NCBI GenBank assembly: GCA_028278545.1
Contig: JANQED010000128.1
Coordinates: 11,561-75,560 of the forward strand
Length of the DNA: 64,000 bases
From: Anaerolineales bacterium
Lineage (GTDB): Bacteria > Chloroflexota > Anaerolineae > Anaerolineales > UBA11858
Reading direction: 5' to 3'
Both the position numbers and the translations under genes were made by a program. The notes under the pieces are model-generated. The model was not told the DNA's origin, did no database searches, and saw only the letters and a list, made by a program, of their open reading frames with translations. Below are positions 57,181 through 64,000 of the stretch, in pieces; position 1 is the first letter of the stretch, and each line of letters begins with the position of its first letter.

Positions 57181-58485
57181 ATGATACTCAAGGAGAAGAT
57201 CGCTGCACAACTGCCAGAATGGCAGGAGCGGGTCGGTAAACTGGTCAAAGAAAATGGGGATGTTGTTGTTGGTGAGGTGAATGTCAGCCAGATTTATGGA
57301 GGTATGCGCGGCGCCAAAGTGCTGGTGACCGATATCTCTTACGTGGACCCCCAGGAGGGCATCCGTTTTCGTGGATACGCTATTCCCGAGCTCTTAGAAC
57401 TACTCCCAAAAGCCCAGGGTTCTGATTTCCCGCTTTCAGGGGGTCTCTATTATTTGCTGCTGATTGGCGAGATTCCTACCTATGCAGAAGCTATGTCAGT
57501 CGAGGAGGAATGGAAAAGCCGTGGCGAAGTGCCGTCATACGCTTTAGATGTGATCAGAGCGATGCCTGCTGATACGCACCCGATGACTCTGTTCTCGCAG
57601 GCCATTTTAGCGATGCAAAATGACTCTGTTTTCGCTAAGCGTTATCAGGTGGGTATGCAGAAAACGGAATATTGGGAAGCGATGTTAGAAGATGCTCTCA
57701 ATCTCACGGCCAAGCTGCCCGCCATCGCAGCGTTTATTTACCGGAAGAAGTTTGGTGACGGAGAGTTCGTTGCCCCTCGTGCAGACTTAGATTGGGCTGG
57801 TAACTTTGCGCATATGGTAGGCATCCCCACCCAGGCATACCAAGACCTTACCCGCTTATATTTCTTCCTGCACTCCGATCACGAAAGCGGTAACGCCAGC
57901 GCCCACGCGACCCATTTAGTAGCCTCCGCCCTTTCAGACGTGTATTATGCTTGTTCTGCCGGCATCAACGCTTTGGCGGGGCCTCTACATGGTTTGGCAA
58001 ACCAGATGAGTCTCAAATGGTTGCTGAGCGTTCGGGAGGAATTCGGCGGTCTGCCATCCGAGGAACAATTCGATAAATACTGTTGGGACACGCTGAATGC
58101 TGGGCAGGTGATCCCTGGGTATGGCCATGCCGTTCTGCGCCAGCCTGACCCCCGTTACACCGCCCAATTCAAATTTGGTCAGCAGTTTATGCAAGATGAT
58201 GAACTCTTCCAGTTGGTTGAGATGGCCTTTGAAGTGATCCCCAAGGTGCTTGGGGAAACGGGCAAAGTCAAGAATCCCTGGCCTAATGTGGACGCTGTCA
58301 GCGGAACGCTGCAATATCACTATGGTATACGCGAGTTCGATTTCTATACCGTGCTCTTTGGCGTCAGCCGCATCCTTGGGGTGACGGCCAATGCCGTTTG
58401 GGCGCGAGCCCTGGGGCAGCCCCTCGAACGACCGAAGTCGCTTACCACGCGAATGCTTGAAGAGATTGTTTCGCAGAAAAGATAA
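57181..58485 (+). CDS. gltA: Citrate (Si)-synthase, eukaryote-like type
   Basis: YGGMRG, EGIRFRG, HSDHESGNASAH, LAGPLHGLANQ, PGYGHAVLR..DPR, WPNVDA, ERPKS. Confidence 0.93.
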   Translation: MILKEKIAAQLPEWQERVGKLVKENGDVVVGEVNVSQIYGGMRGAKVLVTDISYVDPQEGIRFRGYAIPELLELLPKAQGSDFPLSGGLYYLLLIGEIPTYAEAMSVEEEWKSRGEVPSYALDVIRAMPADTHPMTLFSQAILAMQNDSVFAKRYQVGMQKTEYWEAMLEDALNLTAKLPAIAAFIYRKKFGDGEFVAPRADLDWAGNFAHMVGIPTQAYQDLTRLYFFLHSDHESGNASAHATHLVASALSDVYYACSAGINALAGPLHGLANQMSLKWLLSVREEFGGLPSEEQFDKYCWDTLNAGQVIPGYGHAVLRQPDPRYTAQFKFGQQFMQDDELFQLVEMAFEVIPKVLGETGKVKNPWPNVDAVSGTLQYHYGIREFDFYTVLFGVSRILGVTANAVWARALGQPLERPKSLTTRMLEEIVSQKR

Positions 58486-58498
58486 ACTGTCTCGAAAT

Positions 58499-58535
58499 TA
58501 AAAACGGCGGGTGATGCGAACCACCCGCCGTTTTT
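58499..58535. terminator. Bidirectional terminator
   Basis: AAAAACGGCGGGTG...CACCCGCCGTTTTT between convergent genes. Confidence 0.88.
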
Positions 58536-58550
58536 GGTTCTTGACTTTGT

Positions 58551-59705
58551 CTAAGGAGTCGGGGTCACCACTTGCGCCTCACCAGTCCAGGTGAAAACGC
58601 GCGTCATACTGGCTGCTCCGGCCGTATCCCAGATAGCCTCTCCGTTTTCATCAGTGCCGATCTGTCTGACAGGCATGATCCACCAGCGATACACATGAGG
58701 GGCGCTGGTAGCTGCTCGGAACGAGGCCGGAATGATGAATTTAGTGTCTTCCACGTAATCCAGGAGTTTACGGCCCTGGCCTTCGGTGATATCTTCAATG
58801 TTGACCGCGTAAGCTTCGTTCTCCCGCAGAGTGCCGACCGCGGCCCATTGTAGGGTGACAATATCATCTTCCAGGGTGAAATAAGAGCCATCGGCAGGCA
58901 GCAGCAGGTTCGGGGCCGGGTAGGGAGGTGGGGCCGTTGGTGTGAGCGTCGGCCCGGGGGTTGCTGCCCGTTCACACAAGGGGATGGTCAAATTCATCCC
59001 CGCGTAAACTGTGTTGTTGACCATGCCGTTATATTCCTTGATGGCATCCATCGGCACCGCGTAGTTCGTCGAAATACTGCTCAGCGTGTCGTTCTCTTGC
59101 ACGGTATAGATGACCTTCTCACAGGCAGCATAGGTCGCTTCTGGGCCGCTGAGCGTAGCTGTGGGGAAGGGGGTCGTTGTTGGTGTGGGATGGGGAATTA
59201 GCAGCTCTTGGCCATCGAACAGGGTAGCACAATCTGCTGGCAAGTTGTTGAGCCGCACGATGCTTTGCACCGAAATATCGAAAGCGACAGCGATGCCTCC
59301 ACACGTATCTCCTGATTTGACGATGTAAGTAAAGGGTGTCGGAGATGGTAGCGGAGTTGGGGTAGTGGTGGGGGTCGCTGGTGTGGGTGTCAGGGTGGGT
59401 GTCAGCGTCAGCGTCAAGGTTGGGGTTTGGGTAGGTTCGACTACGCGCCCGGTACGCTGTAAAGCGAAAAAGACCATCACTGCACCAATCGTCAGAAAGA
59501 CGGCCAAGAGACCAATAGCAGCAGGTAGGCTTAGGGTTATTTCCGGCATGCGGCTGCCGCGCAGTGCTCGCGACGATCTATCGGAGGTTTCCCCTTTTTC
59601 TGCCAGTTCGCTCCCGCAAACCAGGCAACGCGTCGCATCCTGACTGAGTCGAGTGCCGCAAGTCGGGCAAAGTTTTGTTGAAGTCGCTGAATTTTCAGTG
59701 GTCAT
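58551..59705 (-). CDS. Membrane-anchored double-LysM protein with N-terminal Zn ribbon
   Basis: CPTCG...CLVCG, one TM, Thr/Pro linkers, YIVKSGDTC and YTVQENDTL LysM motifs. Confidence 0.87.
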   Translation of the reverse strand: MTTENSATSTKLCPTCGTRLSQDATRCLVCGSELAEKGETSDRSSRALRGSRMPEITLSLPAAIGLLAVFLTIGAVMVFFALQRTGRVVEPTQTPTLTLTLTPTLTPTPATPTTTPTPLPSPTPFTYIVKSGDTCGGIAVAFDISVQSIVRLNNLPADCATLFDGQELLIPHPTPTTTPFPTATLSGPEATYAACEKVIYTVQENDTLSSISTNYAVPMDAIKEYNGMVNNTVYAGMNLTIPLCERAATPGPTLTPTAPPPYPAPNLLLPADGSYFTLEDDIVTLQWAAVGTLRENEAYAVNIEDITEGQGRKLLDYVEDTKFIIPASFRAATSAPHVYRWWIMPVRQIGTDENGEAIWDTAGAASMTRVFTWTGEAQVVTPTP

Positions 59706-59876
59706 AAGCAGATTTGGGTTTTGAAAGCGTAGTGCCAGCTTCCAGACAGCGGCGATGATTATACCAGCCTTTTTTAAGCCCTGCGAATCGACTTTGGGCC
59801 TGCTGCAATGGATGAGAAACGGCTGTCTGCAAGGGATTTTCAGTCAATTCTTGTCAAACGTATTTCACGTTTAACA

Positions 59877-60890
59877 CTAAACATCCCTTTTTAGCAACTG
59901 GTTAGCCAACTCGGCCAGGGCTTGCCCCGCGTCACCTTGCGGATCGGCGTCTTCAAGGGACTGGAGGGCGCTCGAGGTCAATCGTTCCGCTTCGTCTTGG
60001 GTGAAGGCCCGCCCACCCTCGGCTTCAAGCTGTTTGGCAATCTCGGGCACTTCCCCCTGTGTGACTGGGCCTTGTCGCCAACGCTTTGCAAAAGCCCCAT
60101 TTTTCTCTAATCCATACAAAACTGGCAGTGTCTTCTTGCCCTCGACCAGGTCGCTGGCTACCGATTTGCCTGTGAGATCGGTGTTTCCCCAAATGCCAAG
60201 GTAATCATCCAGGGCTTGAAAAGCCAACCCCAGGTCGCGTCCGAAATTCCTGTAGAAGTTGCGCGTCTCGTTATCCACATCAGCCACCAGCGCACCCAGT
60301 TCTGTGCAAGCAGCCAGCAGGGCGCCGGTTTTCCCCGCTACCATGGGCCAGTAATCTTCGATGGCTAGATCGGTTTTTTCTTCATAAGCGATATCTAGAT
60401 ATTGCCCCTGGGTGAGATGCAAACAGGTTTGTTGAAGCAGGTGAGTTGCTTGCAAGGCGATGATCGGGGAGGTGGTTTTTTTCAATCCCATCACCGCTAA
60501 ATGTGCCAGGGTGAACATAGTATCGCCGGCGTTGATGGCCTGTGCCAGGCCCCATATCTTCCACACAGTGGGCCGGCCACGCCGCAAAGGGCTGTTATCC
60601 TCGATGTCATCATGGATCAAGGAAAAATTGTGCACCAGTTCGACAGCCGCGGCGGCGGGCAAGGCATTTACCCACTCTCCTCCCGCGGAAGCCGTTGAAA
60701 GCAGCACCAGCAGTGGGCGCACGCGTTTGCCGCGCGCTTTTGGCCCAGCGCCTTCCCCCTCCCAGCCCATATGGTAAGTCGTCATCTCGTGCAAACCCTG
60801 GTAATGAGGCTCCCTGGCAGTTTTGACGACTTGTTGAAGTTCCGATTCAATCGCCGGGAGGCATTGATCGATGAAGTTTTGAAGTGCCAT
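59877..60890 (-). CDS. Polyprenyl diphosphate synthase (GGPP synthase-like)
   Basis: GKRVRP, FSLIHDDIED, RRGRPT, GQYLD, KTG, FQALDD, DLVEGKKT. Confidence 0.94.
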   Translation of the reverse strand: MALQNFIDQCLPAIESELQQVVKTAREPHYQGLHEMTTYHMGWEGEGAGPKARGKRVRPLLVLLSTASAGGEWVNALPAAAAVELVHNFSLIHDDIEDNSPLRRGRPTVWKIWGLAQAINAGDTMFTLAHLAVMGLKKTTSPIIALQATHLLQQTCLHLTQGQYLDIAYEEKTDLAIEDYWPMVAGKTGALLAACTELGALVADVDNETRNFYRNFGRDLGLAFQALDDYLGIWGNTDLTGKSVASDLVEGKKTLPVLYGLEKNGAFAKRWRQGPVTQGEVPEIAKQLEAEGGRAFTQDEAERLTSSALQSLEDADPQGDAGQALAELANQLLKRDV

Positions 60891-60898
60891 ATATGAGG

Positions 60899-61933
60899 TT
60901 AGATATTCTGTTTTGTGAGAGGCTTGTTTCGAAGTTCTTCCAGGTTACCCGCCCCCACAGCAAACATGGTTACCTGGATTTCACGTGCGACCTCGTGAAT
61001 GGCCAGGATTGTGTCATCCAACGAGCGTGTCGCCGCTTTGAGGAATGGCCCTGCCATGCCGCCTAGGGTGGCCCCCAGAGCAATGCACTTGGCGATATCC
61101 AGGCCGGTGCGCAGCCCCCCCGAGGCGAAAATGGGGGAGTCGGGCGCTGTTCTGCGAACCATGACGATAGAATCTGCCGTGGGGATGCCCCAATCGGGGA
61201 AAGCGGCTGCCAGACGCGCTTGACTTTCATTTTGAGCGCGATGCATCTCCACCTGGGCCCAGGAGGTACCTCCCGCCCCGGCAACATCAATGGCGGCAAT
61301 ACCCGCGTTGATGAGTTGACGGGCGGTTTGCTCCGAGATGCCCCAGCCCACCTCTTTGGCGATCACCGGAATGGTGAGATTGTCGCATACTCCTTCGATC
61401 TTCTTCAATAAACCCGCAAAATTGGTGTCCCCTTCGGGCTGCAGGGCCTCTTGTAAGGGGTTCAAATGCAAGATCAGCGCGTCAGCTTCGATCATATCCA
61501 CCGCGCGCTGGCACTGGTCTACACCATACCCGTAATTGAGCTGGATCGCTCCCAAATTTGCCAAAAGCAGGATATCTGGGGCCACATCTCTGACTTTGAA
61601 GGTGACAGCCAGATCAGGATGCTCGATGGCGGCGCGCTGGGAGCCTAAGCCCATGGCTATACCGGTCTCTTGAGCGGCCTGTGCCAGGGTACGGTTGATC
61701 TCACCTGCTTCATCCGTTCCCCCGGTCATGGATGAGATCAGAATGGGCGCCGCCATCGAACGGTCGAAGACTGAAAGACTCAGGTCCACTTCTTCCAGAT
61801 TTAATTCAGGCAAAGCTTGGTGGATGAAATGAAAACGTTCCAGCCCCGTGGTCAAGCCGGAACGTACATCTTCATCCAAATTTATGCGAATGTGATCTGC
61901 CTTTCTGGCACTTGTAGGCGTAACTTTTGGCAT
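60899..61933 (-). CDS. fni: Type 2 isopentenyl-diphosphate isomerase
   Basis: RKADHI, SSMTGG, GSQR, HLNPLQE..QPEGD, KEVGWG, GAGGTSW. Confidence 0.97.
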   Translation of the reverse strand: MPKVTPTSARKADHIRINLDEDVRSGLTTGLERFHFIHQALPELNLEEVDLSLSVFDRSMAAPILISSMTGGTDEAGEINRTLAQAAQETGIAMGLGSQRAAIEHPDLAVTFKVRDVAPDILLLANLGAIQLNYGYGVDQCQRAVDMIEADALILHLNPLQEALQPEGDTNFAGLLKKIEGVCDNLTIPVIAKEVGWGISEQTARQLINAGIAAIDVAGAGGTSWAQVEMHRAQNESQARLAAAFPDWGIPTADSIVMVRRTAPDSPIFASGGLRTGLDIAKCIALGATLGGMAGPFLKAATRSLDDTILAIHEVAREIQVTMFAVGAGNLEELRNKPLTKQNI

Positions 61934-61960
61934 TGATCAGTGTTCCTTAGGTGTGAGGCT

Positions 61961-62025
61961 ATCTTACCAGCCTGATTCTGGACTGTCAACTCAGCTTGAC
62001 AGGAGCGAGAATTGGGCTGTAAAAT
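61961..62025. promoter_or_regulatory. Back-to-back divergent sigma70 promoters (fni / acpP)
   Basis: Minus strand: TTGACA(61989-61984)-N17-TAAGAT. Plus strand: TTGACA(61996-62001)-N18-TAAAAT. Confidence 0.75.
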
Positions 62026-62095
62026 TGCCCGGATTACTCAAAAAATTGGCCAAAAACGAAAACTGGCTGAAAACTAAACCCGAGGAGGATCTCCC

Positions 62096-62332
62096 ATGAG
62101 TGAAGAAGTACTCGAGAAAGTAAAAGGAATCATTGCTGAATTGTTGGACATCGACGCTGGTGAAATCACGGCCGAATCTCGCTTCCGCGAGGACCTGGAA
62201 GCCGACTCCCTCGACTTGGTCGAGCTGATTATGGAGTTTGAAGAGGCCTTTGGCAGCGAAATTTCCGACGAAGATGCCCAGAAGATCACTACTGTTGGTG
62301 AGGCAGTTAAATACGTCTCAGAACGGATGTAG
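62096..62332 (+). CDS. acpP: Acyl carrier protein
   Basis: [21 protein letters not shown]; GAGGAGG RBS. Confidence 0.97.
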   Translation: MSEEVLEKVKGIIAELLDIDAGEITAESRFREDLEADSLDLVELIMEFEEAFGSEISDEDAQKITTVGEAVKYVSERM

Positions 62333-62366
62333 CATTTAGTTCTGATTTTACTTTCATCCCAAGATG

Positions 62367-62394
62367 AAGCGCAGTCGAGTACTGCGCTTTTTTT
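62367..62394 (+). terminator. Intrinsic terminator after acpP
   Basis: AAGCGCAGT-CGAGT-ACTGCGCTTTTTTT. Confidence 0.85.
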
Positions 62395-62633
62395 GTTTGA
62401 TTGCATTCGGATTGTCTCTCTTGGGTGTTGGGCAACCGCCCAAATACTTGTGGGTGAATGTGATCAGGCCACTTCGTTTGCAAGTGTTACACTGTCAGTA
62501 CTGCCATTCTCCACAATGCAGGGCTTTGTGATTGTATCCGCTTCGCAAGTTCTATCGTTCAATAAGACAACTTTATCAAAGTTCATTGAAGTGTCTCGGA
62601 TTTTTGGGAGAACTTAGCGCTTCTTGTCAAGCC

Positions 62634-62662
62634 TTGTCGAGATAAAGTTGATTAATTACAAT
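62634..62662 (+). promoter_or_regulatory. Promoter of the glycan operon
   Basis: TTGTCG-N17-TACAAT. Confidence 0.6.
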
Positions 62663-62708
62663 ACATGGCGATCTTGAAATATTAGCACCTGAAAAAAAGG
62701 CATTCTTT

Positions 62709-63218
62709 ATGGCGTCGCATTGGTATGTGATCCGCAGCAAACCGAGAAAAGAAGATATCGTTTGGCGACAATTACAGGCGCGAGGGCTTGAGAACTATTA
62801 TCCGCGTATTAGAGTGCATCCTGTCAACCCCCGGGCGCGCAAAGTGAAACCGTATTTCCCAGGTTATTTGTTTGTGCATGTTGATTTAGAAGACTTGGGT
62901 CTCTCGACATTCCAATGGATGCCTCATACTCTGGGCTTTGTCTCATTTGATGGGGAACCAGCCCCGGTACCTGGTCACATCGTTCAAGGATTGCAAAAGC
63001 GAATCCAAGAGATCAACGAAGCCGGGGGTGAAGTGTTTGATGGCCTGGAACGGGGCGATAAAGTCCGTATCCACGATGGGCCGTTTTCAGGGTATGAGGC
63101 GGTGTTTGATACCAGGCTGCCCGGCGAGGAGCGGGTTCGAGTTTTACTGAGGCTGATCAATGATAAGCGCCAGGTTCCCGTGGATTTGCAGGCTGGACAG
63201 ATACGTAAGTTGAAGTGA
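62709..63218 (+). CDS. Specialised NusG paralog (RfaH/UpxY-like antiterminator)
   Basis: WYVIRSKPRKE, PYFPGYLFV (NGN domain), GDKVRIHDGPFSG (KOW); first gene of a sugar operon. Confidence 0.9.
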   Translation: MASHWYVIRSKPRKEDIVWRQLQARGLENYYPRIRVHPVNPRARKVKPYFPGYLFVHVDLEDLGLSTFQWMPHTLGFVSFDGEPAPVPGHIVQGLQKRIQEINEAGGEVFDGLERGDKVRIHDGPFSGYEAVFDTRLPGEERVRVLLRLINDKRQVPVDLQAGQIRKLK

Positions 63219-63228
63219 CCATTGCAAT

Positions 63229-63927
63229 ATGAAAGTTCTCGCTGTGATCCCAGCCCGGGGCGGTTCGAAAAGTATCCCCCACAAGAATATTGTGTCTGTA
63301 GGGGGGAAACCATTGATTGCCTGGACAATTGAGGAAGCCCAAAGATCGAAACATATTGACCGGTTGATCGTCTCTACCGATAGCGATCAAATCGCTGAGA
63401 TTGCAGTTGAATATGGCGCTGAAGTGCCCTTCAAGAGACCCGCAGAACTTGCCGCCGATGATACACCGGGGATCGAGCCGATCATTCACGCTGTGCGTTG
63501 GCTGGAAGAGAATCAAGAATATAAACCGGATTGTGTGATGTGTTTGACGCCAACGTCCCCTCTGCGTTCATCGGCTGATATCGATATCGTGGTTGAACTG
63601 ATGGATCAGAAGGGAACAGATGCAGTTGTTAGCGTGGTATTGGCCAAGCATCACCCATATTGGATGAAGTCGATAAGCTCTACGGGGTTTATGCTTGATT
63701 TTCTTGCTCAAGAAGACTTTATCCCCAGGCGACAGGAATTACCACCTGTTTATGCGCTGAATGGCTCGATATACCTGGCTAGGCGAGAGATCTTGCTTGA
63801 GAAACGAACTTGGTATACATCGAAAACCTATGCTTATGTCATGCCTGAAGATCGATCTATCGACATAGATTCCCAATGGGATTTGAAGTTGGCAACGCTG
63901 ATGATGCAGGACAGGATCGGTCAATGA
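63229..63927 (+). CDS. neuA: Acylneuraminate (nonulosonate) cytidylyltransferase
   Basis: IPARGGSKSIPHKN, VSTD, RPAELA.D, PTSPLR, RQ, NGSIY, SIDID. Confidence 0.93.
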   Translation: MKVLAVIPARGGSKSIPHKNIVSVGGKPLIAWTIEEAQRSKHIDRLIVSTDSDQIAEIAVEYGAEVPFKRPAELAADDTPGIEPIIHAVRWLEENQEYKPDCVMCLTPTSPLRSSADIDIVVELMDQKGTDAVVSVVLAKHHPYWMKSISSTGFMLDFLAQEDFIPRRQELPPVYALNGSIYLARREILLEKRTWYTSKTYAYVMPEDRSIDIDSQWDLKLATLMMQDRIGQ

Positions 63928-64000
63928 AGGCAATTTCGATAGGGAATAGATTGGTGGGTGCTGGACATCCCTGTTTTGTGATCGCCGAAGCTGGTGTGAA
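63924..64000 (+). CDS. neuB: N-acylneuraminate/nonulosonate synthase, 5' fragment
   Basis: Manual translation MKAISIGNRLVGAGHPCFVIAEAGV; ATGA overlap with the neuA stop. Confidence 0.85.
   Translation, partial: MKAISIGNRLVGAGHPCFVIAEAGV

Noticed and set aside
59330-59440. GT-rich repetitive DNA
   Set aside because: Simply encodes the Thr/Pro linker of the LysM protein.

Overview
Gene-dense core-chromosome segment of a bacterium, most likely Chloroflexota (Anaerolineae-like). This is inferred from gene content and style: Thr/Pro-linker LysM protein, DUF5666-like protein, 7TM kinase, type 2 IDI, eukaryote-like citrate synthase and 7/8-nt intergenic microrepeats. In order it holds a partial LacI regulator with a palindromic operator, S9 peptidase, tryptophanase, rny-recX-recA, maeB, an LMW-PTP/fructosamine kinase pair, a GNAT/polysaccharide deacetylase pair, hemH, a dcw cluster from mraZ to ftsZ lacking murE, nrdR-nrdJ, an orphan histidine kinase, menA, rpsO-pnp, trxB-mdh-citrate synthase, isoprenoid genes, acpP and the start of a NusG-paralog/neuA/neuB glycan operon. 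The most unusual element is a glycan-modification locus (45.8-51.9 kb): DegT aminotransferase, PglC-like phosphoglycosyl transferase, EamA transporter, a fused 2-oxoacid-dehydrogenase-type E1 alpha/beta, and an E2-like protein whose lipoyl and subunit-binding domains are fused to a PglD/NeuD-type sugar N-acyltransferase instead of the normal E2 core. This suggests CoA-independent acyl transfer from a lipoyl arm to an amino sugar. Also noted: a highly structured recA-recX intergenic region (6S-like RNA or attenuator) and two copies of a ~115-bp MITE-like element. No rRNA, tRNA, CRISPR array or transposase was recognised. All calls come from reading the sequence; no database searches were run.
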